Below the pieces are notes generated by a model. That model saw only the letters and a list, made by a program, of their open reading frames with translations, was not told where the DNA came from and ran no database searches. A stretch of DNA of 48,643 nt from an uncultured Candidatus Saccharibacteria bacterium (lineage in GTDB: Bacteria > Patescibacteriota > Minisyncoccia > Minisyncoccales > CG1-02-41-26): contig CAZYWT010000002.1 in the NCBI GenBank assembly GCA_964651635.1, forward strand, positions 1-48,643, in the 5' to 3' direction. This document shows, one piece after another, positions 15,707 through 24,778 of this stretch (position 1 is the first letter of the stretch; every line of letters starts with the position of its first letter). Both the position numbers and the translations under genes were made by a program.

Positions 15707-17785
15707 ATGTCTATTAGAAAAAATAATAAAAAGTTTTTTTTAAGAAAAATTTCCGCCCCCTTGAAAATAGGAGGAATTTTTGTTTTAGGGGGATTATTTT
15801 TGGGATTTTCTCTTTTTGTTTTTTATATAAAAGACCTTCCAAGGCCGGAGAAATTTACAGAAAGTATTATAGCCGAGTCCACAAAAATATATGATTCCTC
15901 GGGAGAAATTTTATTATACGAAATTTTTGGCGAAGAAAAAAGAACGGTAGTCCCTCTCTCTGATATGCCTCAATCTCTGCGGTGGGCGGTTATTTCTGTT
16001 GAAGATAAAAATTTCTTAAAACATAGCGGACTGGATTTGAGGGGGGTAATGAGAGCTATTTTGTATGACCTAAAAATACAAAAACCGGTTCAGGGGGCTT
16101 CCACAATCACCCAGCAACTTATTAGAAATTATTTTTTAACAAAACAAAAAACATTAAAAAGAAAAACAAGAGAGGCGGTATTAAGTTTAGAGATGGAAAG
16201 AAGATATTCAAAAGAACAGATTTTGGAATGGTATTTAAATTTAATACCTTTTGGTTCTAATTTATATGGAGTGGAAGAAGCGTCAAGAACTTTTTTTGAT
16301 AAAAGTGTTTCGGAGGTTAGTTTAGAAGAGTCGGCTATTTTAGCCGCTCTAATTAAAAAACCTTCCTATTTGTCTCCTTATGGAGAGAATAAAGAAGAAT
16401 TATTTCTTAGAAAAAATTTAATTTTAGAAAAAATGAAAGAACAGGGATTTATTGAAGAAAAAGAATTTATGGAAGCAAAAAATAAAGAAATAGTTTTTTA
16501 TCCCAAAAAAGATAAGATAAAAGCCCCTCATTTTTCTTTATTTGTTAAACAATATTTAGAAAATAAATATGGAAGAGATTTTTTAGAAAGAAAGGGATTA
16601 AAAGTTTTTACTACAATAGATTATAATACGCAAAAAGCGGCGGAAAAGATAGTGATGGAAGGAATAAAAAATATAGAAAACTATAACGCTAACAATGGAA
16701 ATTTGGTGGCGCTAAACCCAAAAAATGGCGAGATATTGGCAATGGTGGGCTCTAAAAATTATTTCGCCTCTTCCACTCCAACAGGTTGCTCTCCGGGAAT
16801 AGATTGCGTTTTTGACCCAAAGGTGAATACTATTTTTTCTTTAAGACAACCGGGCTCCGCTTTTAAGCCGTTTATTTACGCAAAAAATTTTATAAACGGC
16901 TTAACGCCCGATACAATACTTTGGGATGTTAAAACAGAGTTTAACATAAACTGCTCTCCGAACGCCGATAAAGAATTTAGCAACAACAACACCCCCTGTT
17001 ATCACCCCCAAAACTACAATGGAAGACATTCGGGACCTATAAGTATAAAATCAGCCCTGGCGCAATCAATAAATATTCCCGCCGTAAAAGCCTTATATTT
17101 GGCGGGAGTAAAAAATATAATTAATTTTGTTGAAAATTTTGGAATAAAATCATTTACCAACCCCGATAAATACGGATTATCTCTTGTTTTGGGAGGCGGA
17201 GAAGTAACTTTAATGGAAATGGTAGAGGGATATTCTGTTTTTGCCTCGGGAGGACTTAAAACTTCCGTTAAGTTTATAAAAAAAATAGAAGATAGAAACG
17301 GTAATATAATAGAAAAACCCCAAACAAGCCAGACAAGAATTATTCCTTCTCAAATAGCCGACGAGATAAACCAAATACTAAAAGACAATAAATTAAGAGC
17401 GCCAATGTTTGGATTAAACTCCCCTCTTTATATTAAAGATTTTGAAGCGGCCGTTAAGACGGGAACTACTCAAAATTATAAAGATGGATGGGTAATTGGA
17501 TATACCCCCTCACTGGTGGCGGGAGTTTGGGTTGGAAACAACAATAGCGAGCCAATGGCGGCTAAACCCTCTGTTTCTTTAGCGGGACCTATCTGGAATA
17601 ATTTTATAAGAGAAGCAATAAAAGGAAAAAATGAAAAATTCAAAAAACCCGCCTCTCGTAAATCTAACATCCCCATATTAAACGGGGCTCTAATAGAAAA
17701 CCACTCTATTTTACATTACTTAAATAGAGAAGATAGCGCGTATTATTTTTGGGAAAAGGGAATAGAAAATTTCTTAAAGAAATAA
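15707..17785 (+). CDS. Class A penicillin-binding protein (bifunctional transglycosylase/transpeptidase)
   Basis: Start chosen at MSIRKNNKKFF plus a TM helix. GT51 motifs are EDKNFLKHSGLD, GASTITQQL and RKTREAVLSLEMERRYSKEQILEWYLN. Transpeptidase motifs are SAFKP, SIN and KTGTT. Confidence 0.92.
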   Translation: MSIRKNNKKFFLRKISAPLKIGGIFVLGGLFLGFSLFVFYIKDLPRPEKFTESIIAESTKIYDSSGEILLYEIFGEEKRTVVPLSDMPQSLRWAVISVEDKNFLKHSGLDLRGVMRAILYDLKIQKPVQGASTITQQLIRNYFLTKQKTLKRKTREAVLSLEMERRYSKEQILEWYLNLIPFGSNLYGVEEASRTFFDKSVSEVSLEESAILAALIKKPSYLSPYGENKEELFLRKNLILEKMKEQGFIEEKEFMEAKNKEIVFYPKKDKIKAPHFSLFVKQYLENKYGRDFLERKGLKVFTTIDYNTQKAAEKIVMEGIKNIENYNANNGNLVALNPKNGEILAMVGSKNYFASSTPTGCSPGIDCVFDPKVNTIFSLRQPGSAFKPFIYAKNFINGLTPDTILWDVKTEFNINCSPNADKEFSNNNTPCYHPQNYNGRHSGPISIKSALAQSINIPAVKALYLAGVKNIINFVENFGIKSFTNPDKYGLSLVLGGGEVTLMEMVEGYSVFASGGLKTSVKFIKKIEDRNGNIIEKPQTSQTRIIPSQIADEINQILKDNKLRAPMFGLNSPLYIKDFEAAVKTGTTQNYKDGWVIGYTPSLVAGVWVGNNNSEPMAAKPSVSLAGPIWNNFIREAIKGKNEKFKKPASRKSNIPILNGALIENHSILHYLNREDSAYYFWEKGIENFLKK

Positions 17786-17799
17786 AATTTGAATTAAAA

Positions 17800-18933
17800 T
17801 TAAGAATTTTTTATGGGCATTAGTATATAAAAATAAGTTTTATCCCCTACCGATGTAAGGAGCGCGGGACCATCCCTTTCTCCTAATTTTATTTCCACTT
17901 CCGAACCCTCTATGTTTAATAGTCCGTCAAGTAAGAATTTATAATTAAAAGATATATCAATATCTTCTTTAATTTGTTTTTCTGTCTTAAACTCCATATT
18001 TGATTCGCTTTTCCCTAAATCGGCCGTCTCGGCGTTAATTTTTATTTCTTTTTTATTTTTTTTAATAAAAAATTTAATTTCCGCCGTGGACCCGCTAAAA
18101 AGTCCGGCTTTTTTTATTTCATTAATAAAATCGTCTTTTTTTAACCTCAATTCCGCCGTAAATTTTTTGGGTATTATGTTTTCATAATTAGGATAATCGC
18201 CTTCTAAAATTCTACTGCCAAAAAACACCTCCGTGAAACCGTTATTTTCATCCTTCCATTCTCCGGATATTTGATTTTTATCCGCGGATATTATTAGTTC
18301 ATTTTCTTTAACGGATAATATAGAATAAAGGTCTCTGGCGCTGTTTTGGGAAACAATAAAATCAAATTCTTTTTTAACGCTTACGGAAAGAGAAATTTTT
18401 TTCTCCGCCAATCTAAAACTATCCGTCCCGGCTATTTTTAATTCATTTTTATTAAAATTAAAATAAATCCCTGAAATCTCGGGCCTAACTTGAGAATTTT
18501 TTGGTATATTTATTATTTGCGATATTCCTTTTAGAAGACTTTTGGAATTAATTTTTACGGAATTTATTTTCTCTGTTTGGGGAATAATGGGAAAATCGTC
18601 GGGATTTACTCCTTGAATTTGATTTTTTTGATTTTTCCCTTCTATTATAGCGTTTTTATTGGAAGAGGTAAGAGTTAATTCGTCTGATTTTATGTAAGAT
18701 ACTAGTGAACGCAAAAAACTAACAGGGACGCATAAAATTCCTTCTTTTTTTACTTCTCCTAATATATTCCAAACTACGCTTGTTTCTAAATTAGTAGAAA
18801 AAATTTTTACAAAGTTTTTCTCCGCTTTAATTAAAACATTTTGTAAAATAGAAAGATTTGTTCCTCTTTTTGTTATTTGTTCTAAAATCCCAAGAGATTG
18901 GATAAATTTATTTTTTAATACTTTTATGTTCAT
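17800..18933 (-). CDS. dnaN: DNA polymerase III beta sliding clamp
   Basis: 377 aa, immediately downstream of dnaA. The three-domain beta-clamp pattern is visible (MNIKVLKNKFIQSLGILEQI...NVLIKAEKN..., ...YFYILMPI at the C-terminus). Confidence 0.93.
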   Translation of the reverse strand: MNIKVLKNKFIQSLGILEQITKRGTNLSILQNVLIKAEKNFVKIFSTNLETSVVWNILGEVKKEGILCVPVSFLRSLVSYIKSDELTLTSSNKNAIIEGKNQKNQIQGVNPDDFPIIPQTEKINSVKINSKSLLKGISQIINIPKNSQVRPEISGIYFNFNKNELKIAGTDSFRLAEKKISLSVSVKKEFDFIVSQNSARDLYSILSVKENELIISADKNQISGEWKDENNGFTEVFFGSRILEGDYPNYENIIPKKFTAELRLKKDDFINEIKKAGLFSGSTAEIKFFIKKNKKEIKINAETADLGKSESNMEFKTEKQIKEDIDISFNYKFLLDGLLNIEGSEVEIKLGERDGPALLTSVGDKTYFYILMPIKNS

Positions 18934-19156
18934 ATTTTACTTATAATATTTTATTTATTTATTTAATTTATTACTATATTTATAGTTTCTTTTTCTGTGG
19001 ATAAATAATAATTATTCCCTTAAAGCTTCGCTTTTTTTATATTTTTCCTTGTGAAGTTTTTGTTTATAGATTATATCTTTCCCTGTGAATTTATTGTTTA
19101 TTTATTTATTACAATTTTTAACCTATCTTTTTATCCACTTTCTTTATTTAAGATAT
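18934..19156. promoter_or_regulatory. AT-rich dnaA-dnaN intergenic region with DnaA boxes (candidate oriC segment)
   Basis: A perfect DnaA box TGTGGATAA lies at 18996-19004. TTATCCACT (8/9 match) lies at 19131-19139. They are flanked by TTTATTTATTTATTTAATTTATT-type AT tracts. Confidence 0.5.
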
Positions 19157-20557
19157 TCACACCATTTCCCCGCTTAATCCACCGTATAATTTTTGTTTTA
19201 TTATATTGATTTCCGCCAACAAACCATTATCTTCTTCTATTTTTTGGGAAATTTTACTACAAGCGTATATTGCCGTTGTGTGGTCTTTCCCCCCAAATTT
19301 TCTTCCAATAGACGGATAGGATTCGTTTAGCTCTTCCCTTAATAAATACATTGCTATTTGTCTTGGTCTTACAATTTCCTTTCTTCTATTATTTTCTAAA
19401 ATTTCTTTTTCTTTTAAGTTATAAGTTTCTGTTATAACTTTTATTATATTTTTAAAATTTGTTGTTTTTTTGGGTTTTTTAATAATATTTTCTAAAAATG
19501 TTTTTACGGAATTTTCATCTATATTATTTATTTTATTCCTTTTTTTAAAAAATAAAACCCTATTTAGCGCCCCTTCCAATTCCCTAATATTACTATTTAT
19601 ATTAACCGCTAAATAATTTATTATATCATCGGGGAGCTCTTCTTCTTTCTCTGAACATTTTTCTTTTAATATAGCCGCTTTTGTTTCCACATCCGGCTTT
19701 CCAATATCTATTATCATACCTCCTTCAAAACGAGACCTTAACCTTTCTTCTATGGCGGGGATTGATTTTGGCGGCCTGTCGGACGAAAGAACTATTTGTT
19801 TTTGCGACTGATAGAGCATATTAAAAATATGAAAAAATTCTTCTTGCGATTTATCTTTCCCGGCAAAAAACTGAATATCGTCCATAATTAAAACATCTAA
19901 TAATTTTAATTCTTTTTTAAATTCCGATATTGTTCCGCTTTTTATAGAATCAATAATACCGGAAACAAATTTTTCACAAGGTATATATTGAATCTTTTTA
20001 TTAGAAAATTGAGAATTTATTTTATTGCCGATGGCTTGTAAAAGGTGGGTTTTTCCTAGTCCCACTCCCCCGTAAATAAAAAGAGGGTTATAAACAGCTC
20101 CGGGACTTTCAGATATTGCCCAGCCGGCGGCCTGGGCCAACTCATTAAACCTTCCCACAATAAAATTATCAAAATTATATTTAGGATTTAGATTGGTATT
20201 TTTATCAATATTAAATTCCTGAAAAGAGAGTTGATTCTCCGCTCCATATACCCCCTTTTTTGATTTTAATATATTTTTTCCAAACATAAGCGGGCTATAT
20301 TTAGATTTCAAGGAAGGATTTACCTCAAAATCAATCGTTTTAATTTCATCATCATTTTCCCTTAAGAGTTTTAAGATTTGAGAATAATATTTATTTTTCA
20401 ACCATTCTTTAGAAAAAGCGTTTTCTGTGGATATTACGGCCTTTCCACTTTCTTTTTTAGAAATATAAGTATTTTTAAACCAAGTGGCAAAGTTTGTCCG
20501 AGAAACGGAAAATTGAATTTGGGCTAAAACTGTTTGCCACAACTCTTCGTTAGTCAT
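19157..20557 (-). CDS. dnaA: Chromosomal replication initiator DnaA
   Basis: Walker A GGVGLGKTHLL, Walker B LIMDDIQF, sensor region SSDRPP and the C-terminal DNA-binding helix SYPSIGRKFGGKDHTTAIYA are present. Confidence 0.96.
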   Translation of the reverse strand: MTNEELWQTVLAQIQFSVSRTNFATWFKNTYISKKESGKAVISTENAFSKEWLKNKYYSQILKLLRENDDEIKTIDFEVNPSLKSKYSPLMFGKNILKSKKGVYGAENQLSFQEFNIDKNTNLNPKYNFDNFIVGRFNELAQAAGWAISESPGAVYNPLFIYGGVGLGKTHLLQAIGNKINSQFSNKKIQYIPCEKFVSGIIDSIKSGTISEFKKELKLLDVLIMDDIQFFAGKDKSQEEFFHIFNMLYQSQKQIVLSSDRPPKSIPAIEERLRSRFEGGMIIDIGKPDVETKAAILKEKCSEKEEELPDDIINYLAVNINSNIRELEGALNRVLFFKKRNKINNIDENSVKTFLENIIKKPKKTTNFKNIIKVITETYNLKEKEILENNRRKEIVRPRQIAMYLLREELNESYPSIGRKFGGKDHTTAIYACSKISQKIEEDNGLLAEINIIKQKLYGGLSGEMV

Positions 20558-20697
20558 AATAATTTTCTTAATAATTCATTGTCTCCCTATAAGTAATATA
20601 TTGCAAACTATCCGCCAAATCAAGCCCAAAAAGAATCCTGTGGAATATATGGGGAAAAGTTGTTGAAATGGGTCGGGCGACAAGATAACCAATACTT

Positions 20698-20916
20698 ATC
20701 AAATCAAATAACCATCTGACCAAAACTCTTTTAGTTAAATCAGAAACCTTCTAACCGATTTTTTTAAATTAAAAAAAACCAGAGACCCGCCCTCTGACAC
20801 TTTAATAGAGAGCGGGTCTCTGTCGCTTGACTCTGTCGCTTAAATGTAGTTTATTATAATGACAAACCTTATTAAATTTCGGTCAGATTGTTTAGTCGGA
20901 TTTTAGGTGACTTGAC
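20698..20916. mobile_element. 219-bp MITE derived from the IS at 13808-14446, carrying the GC-rich palindrome
   Basis: The left terminal repeat is 20698-20761 and a shortened right repeat is 20876-20916. Internally it carries the palindrome CCAGAGACCCGCCCTCTG...AGAGAGCGGGTCTCTG (20779-20822). It also carries the TGTCGCTT...AATGTAGTTTATTA segment shared with 105-154. Confidence 0.6.
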
Positions 20917-20969
20917 GCTAATAGTTGACTAATAGATAGGAAGGTATTAGTATAAGTACAAATTCATAT

Positions 20970-21104
20970 ATGAGTTTTACTTATAAACCAAAAAAGAAAA
21001 AAAGAAAAAAATCCCACGGTTTTCTTAAAAGAAGCGCCAGTAAGTCGGGCGGGAAAATTTTATCAAAAAGAAGAAAAAAGGGAAGAAAAAAAATAACAGT
21101 TTAA
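20970..21104 (+). CDS. rpmH: 50S ribosomal protein L34
   Basis: 44 aa, reading MSFTYKPKKKKRKKSHGFLKRSASKSGGKILSKRRKKGRKKITV. It is absent from the ORF track because it is short and was translated by hand. The stop overlaps the rnpA start (TAATG). Confidence 0.9.
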   Translation: MSFTYKPKKKKRKKSHGFLKRSASKSGGKILSKRRKKGRKKITV

Positions 21105-21457
21105 TGCTCTCCCCAAAATTTAGAATTAAAAAAAAGAAGGACTTTAATTGTGTGTTTGAAAAGGGAAAATTTTTTAAGGGAAATTTTTTTTATATTAAAG
21201 TTTGTGTTAACAATCTCTCTTTATCAAGGTTTGGGATTATTGTTTCTAAAAAAGTTTCCAACAGAGCCGTCAAAAGAAATAAAATAAAAAGGAGGGTTAG
21301 GGCGGCTTGCGCTCAAATCCTAAAAAGCGGAGTGAAAAACGGCTTTGATATTATTATAATGGCCAACCCCCCCTCCCTATCAAGCAATTTTAGGGACATT
21401 AAAAAAGCTCTTAAATCTATTTTAGAAAGAGCGAATTTATTAAATTATGAGAAATAA
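21104..21457 (+). CDS. rnpA: Ribonuclease P protein component
   Basis: 117 aa and basic, with the RNR-type motif NRAVKRNKIKRRVR. It occupies the canonical position after rpmH. Confidence 0.9.
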   Translation: MLSPKFRIKKKKDFNCVFEKGKFFKGNFFYIKVCVNNLSLSRFGIIVSKKVSNRAVKRNKIKRRVRAACAQILKSGVKNGFDIIIMANPPSLSSNFRDIKKALKSILERANLLNYEK

Positions 21458-21653
21458 AATAATATATTTAATAAAATTTTATAAAAAATATTTCTCCCCC
21501 TTTTTTGGAAGGAAGTGTCGGTTTTTCCCGAGTTGTTCGGAATACGCCATTTTAGCGATTAAAAAATATGGAGACAAAAAAGGGCTAATTCTGGCCGGGA
21601 AAAGAATAACAAAATGCCACCCCCTTCACAAGGGAGGGGTGGATTTGCCCTAA
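21447..21653 (+). CDS. yidD: Membrane protein insertion efficiency factor YidD
   Basis: 68 aa with YKKYFSPFFGRKCRFFPSCSEYA...CHPLHKGGVDLP. Confidence 0.9.
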   Translation: MRNKIIYLIKFYKKYFSPFFGRKCRFFPSCSEYAILAIKKYGDKKGLILAGKRITKCHPLHKGGVDLP

Positions 21654-21671
21654 AAAATAAAGTTAAAAAAT

Positions 21672-22400
21672 ATGGATATTGGAGCTTTTTTTAACATCAT
21701 TTTATACGAGCCCATTGTGAATACCCTTCTTTTTATATACAATTTAGCCGACTGGATTGATTTTGGATTGGCCGTTGTTTTAATTACAATAATAATAAAA
21801 TTTATTCTTTCCCCTTTTTCATTAAAAGCGGTAAAATCTCAAAAAAATATTGCCGCTCTCCAGCCCAAAATCAAAGAGGTTCAAAAAAAATATAAGGGCG
21901 ACAAAGAAAAACAATCAAAAGAACTTTTAGGGTTATATAAAAAAGAAAAAATAAATCCCTTGTCGGGATGTTTTCCCGTGTTAATTCAACTTCCCATATT
22001 GCTGGCGCTTTATAGAGTTTTTCTAAAAGGATTTTCGCCGGAGATATTAAGAGAGCATATTTATAATTTTATTCATCTTCCGAGCGAAATAAATATGTCG
22101 TTTTTGGGGCTTTTCTCTGTGGCCGGCAGTAATATGTATTTAGCCCTTATAACCGCCGGGGCTCAATATCTGCAACTAAAAATATCTCAAAAAAAGAAAT
22201 CTCAAAAAGAAGCAAAAAGCAAAGATATGGGAACGGCGGTTCAATCTCAAATGTTGTTTATTCTGCCGGTAGTCGCTTTCTTTATTGTTTGGCAAATAGG
22301 AACGGTTATCGGGCTTTATTGGCTCACCAGCGCCCTTTTCTCCACAGGAGAGTATCTTTTAATCAATCGGCGGGATAACAGCCCCTCAAAACAAAAATAA
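21672..22400 (+). CDS. yidC: Membrane protein insertase YidC (short form)
   Basis: 242 aa. KMQALQPK-like IAALQPKIKEVQKKYKGDKEKQSKELLGLYKKEKINPLSGCFPVLIQLPILLALYRV is present. It follows rnpA-yidD. Confidence 0.88.
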   Translation: MDIGAFFNIILYEPIVNTLLFIYNLADWIDFGLAVVLITIIIKFILSPFSLKAVKSQKNIAALQPKIKEVQKKYKGDKEKQSKELLGLYKKEKINPLSGCFPVLIQLPILLALYRVFLKGFSPEILREHIYNFIHLPSEINMSFLGLFSVAGSNMYLALITAGAQYLQLKISQKKKSQKEAKSKDMGTAVQSQMLFILPVVAFFIVWQIGTVIGLYWLTSALFSTGEYLLINRRDNSPSKQK

Positions 22401-22411
22401 CCGCCCAAAAA

Positions 22412-22457
22412 CCAGAGACCCGCTCTCTGGCAAATTGCCGGCGAGTCGGGTCCCTGG
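22412..22457. terminator. Degenerate copy of the palindromic repeat pair directly after the yidC stop
   Basis: The sequence CCAGAGACCCGCTCTCTGGCAA/TTGCCGGCGAGTCGGGTCCCTGG begins 12 nt after the yidC stop codon. Confidence 0.5.
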
Positions 22458-22527
22458 CAGTTCTCTGATATGCGATTATTTGATTTTTTTGGCTTTTGCT
22501 ATTATATTTATTATATATTACAAATTT

Positions 22528-22980
22528 GTGTTGGATAAAAAAGAACAAATAAAAAAAGAAATAGAATATTTTTTTACTAAAATGAGTTTAAGCGAGACGC
22601 CTTGTAATTTTAATATAGAAAGGGAAAAAGTTTGCTTTGAAATAAAAACAGAAAACCCCAGAACATTGATAGGAAAAAGAGGCGAAGTTATTTCTAACAT
22701 TCAATTTATTTTAGGAAAAATAATACAAAAAAAAATGAAGCAAAGATTATTTATTGACTTTGATGTAAATGGATATAAAAAGAAAAAAGAACAATATCTT
22801 AAAGAATTGGCTCGCGACTACGCCCAAGAAGTTTCTTTTACCAAAAAAATTAAAACCCTTCCCTCTTTATCTTCTTACGAAAGGAGAATAATCCATCTTG
22901 CTCTCCAAAATAAAAACGGAGTGAAAACAGAGAGCCGCGGACAAGAGCCGAACAGAAAAATTATAATAAAACCTGTTTAA
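22528..22980 (+). CDS. jag: Jag/KhpB-type RNA-binding protein (KH + R3H)
   Basis: The KH region reads LIGKRGEVISNIQFILGKI and the R3H region reads LSSYERRIIHLALQNKNGVKTESRGQEPNRKIII. The start is uncertain. I chose GTG at 22528 because the upstream TTG-initiated extension runs through the repeat element. Confidence 0.75.
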   Translation: MLDKKEQIKKEIEYFFTKMSLSETPCNFNIEREKVCFEIKTENPRTLIGKRGEVISNIQFILGKIIQKKMKQRLFIDFDVNGYKKKKEQYLKELARDYAQEVSFTKKIKTLPSLSSYERRIIHLALQNKNGVKTESRGQEPNRKIIIKPV

Positions 22981-24761
22981 TAAATTTGCGGGACAACTAA
23001 AAACGCTCTTACAGATGGCGAGCCCAAAAATGAAATGCGGGAGAGAATAGAGCAATTTCCTATTTTATCATCGGTTAAATTGTAATCGCTCCTTTCAAAA
23101 ACGGAAGTGCATCTCCCCGTTCCTTTGCTACTCCACTCATCTATTGGATTTTGGGCTAAAAGCAGAAAACAATCTCCAATTAATTCCACCGACCTAATTT
23201 GTTCGTCCAAAAAGTTTATTCTCTTTGTCTCCGCCACCCCGTCGGGACTTTGTCGCCTTACTGCTGTTTCTCCCGGAATATTTACGGGGGTTAAATAAGA
23301 GAGTTGTAGAGATTCTTCGGGTAGCCAAATATTCGCATAATCCGCGTCTCCCTCGTCCAACTCTTTCGCTTCCGGTCGGTATATCAAGCATTCTCCCTTT
23401 AAGTCCTGTCTTGTGCAAAACTTTATTTCTTGGCAGGTGGACAAGGGTTGGTTGGAGATAAGATTTACCATAACCGAACTTATATTGTCCACGCTGCCGT
23501 AATCGTCCCCGTCCTTTATGTTTGTGAAGGTGTTCTTGTCGGGCAGAAAATCCCAATCTTCCACATTCCCCACCTCTTCCTTCACTCTCCTTTTTATTTC
23601 TCTTTCCTTCTCCCCAAAAAACAATCTGGCGTTCCCCGTAAAATCCCCCTTTTCAAATAAAACAGCGAAAAAGTCGTAAATTTCATCTAAATTGTTTATT
23701 TTTATGCGAGCAATTTTATTATTGTAGTTTTGGTAATACCCATCTTTTTCTATAAGCAAAGAATTCTCGTCTAATTTTCCGGCCCTCATAGAGAGATGGT
23801 CGGCGTCTTCTTCTTCCGTGTAAAAATGAACTCCGTTTCCAATATCCACCCTAATGGCGGAAAGCGGGGGATACTCCACCTCATTGGCCATTTTATAGTA
23901 ATCTTGTCCTTTACCGCCGGGCATGTAGAGCCGTTCTATCTCGTCATCAGGGAACTCTTTAGTAAAAGTTATATCAACAAACCAATTGTCTGCCGTAGTG
24001 CTTATTGAATGCGAATGTCCATTCTCGTCTATATATTTCTCTCCAGTTACTATAATCGGGTCGCCTTTATAATATTTTTTCGGGTAAAAATAGAAAAGAT
24101 AGTTGTCAAACACTCCTTCATCATTTTTTCTAAGTCCCAATCTTCGCAGCGAGGCAATCTTAAAACCAACCCGCGTTACAACGCAATCTGCCGAGTTGGA
24201 CGGCGAAACATCACCCTCGCATTCTTTGGCGTAGAATTTCCCGTCTCCCAAGGCGCGGGAGAAATCTTTTATCCGCCCGGAGATAGTAAACAATTTATCG
24301 CTCGCTTCTTTCATTTGTTCCACATCTTCATCAGACACCCCCCTCGTCTTGTCGTCGTCGGCTAAAACGGGAGCGTCATCTCTTACTATTGTGGGGGCTT
24401 TTTCTTTTATTTCAATTAAGGTGAGTTGGGGGTTGACAAGATATAGGATTAAATAAGAACCCAAAAGAATCGCCAATCCTAAAAATCCGTTTCCTATATC
24501 CGTTGTGGCTTTTCCTCTTTTTGTTGGGTTGCCGGCCGAAGTAATATACCCAACCCCCGATTTTATAAGAACTCCAAAAACGACAATAGCGCCCAAAATA
24601 ATAGCCCATTCCGTAAAGTATTTAACCATATTTCCAAGAGAACTATTGCCATGGAATTCTACCCCTCCCCCCGGCAAGACGGGATAAACTTGAGCGCTCA
24701 TCATAAGGGGAATTATTACCCCTATAGTTATTAAAACCAATAAACTTATTTTTATTTTCAT
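22977..24761 (-). CDS. T4SS pilin-module (VirB2/TrbC-like) fused to a ~470-aa extracellular domain
   Basis: It has a signal peptide (MKIKISLLVLITIGVIIPLMMSAQV) and two TM helices. The loop and tail read ITSAGNPTKRGKATTDIGNGFLGLAILLGSYLILYLVNPQ. The motif LGSYLIL-LVNPQ is shared with 30940-35979. The C-terminal part contains Cys and an FxxxxFxG motif. Confidence 0.6.
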   Translation of the reverse strand: MKIKISLLVLITIGVIIPLMMSAQVYPVLPGGGVEFHGNSSLGNMVKYFTEWAIILGAIVVFGVLIKSGVGYITSAGNPTKRGKATTDIGNGFLGLAILLGSYLILYLVNPQLTLIEIKEKAPTIVRDDAPVLADDDKTRGVSDEDVEQMKEASDKLFTISGRIKDFSRALGDGKFYAKECEGDVSPSNSADCVVTRVGFKIASLRRLGLRKNDEGVFDNYLFYFYPKKYYKGDPIIVTGEKYIDENGHSHSISTTADNWFVDITFTKEFPDDEIERLYMPGGKGQDYYKMANEVEYPPLSAIRVDIGNGVHFYTEEEDADHLSMRAGKLDENSLLIEKDGYYQNYNNKIARIKINNLDEIYDFFAVLFEKGDFTGNARLFFGEKEREIKRRVKEEVGNVEDWDFLPDKNTFTNIKDGDDYGSVDNISSVMVNLISNQPLSTCQEIKFCTRQDLKGECLIYRPEAKELDEGDADYANIWLPEESLQLSYLTPVNIPGETAVRRQSPDGVAETKRINFLDEQIRSVELIGDCFLLLAQNPIDEWSSKGTGRCTSVFERSDYNLTDDKIGNCSILSRISFLGSPSVRAFLVVPQIY

Positions 24762-24778
24762 ATACTTATTTTATGTTT

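Noticed and set aside
22435-22527. TTG-initiated N-terminal extension of jag (MPASRVPGSSLICDYLIF...)
   Set aside because: The extension is translated from the palindromic repeat/terminator copy at 22412-22457. The conserved Jag-like sequence begins only after about 22528.
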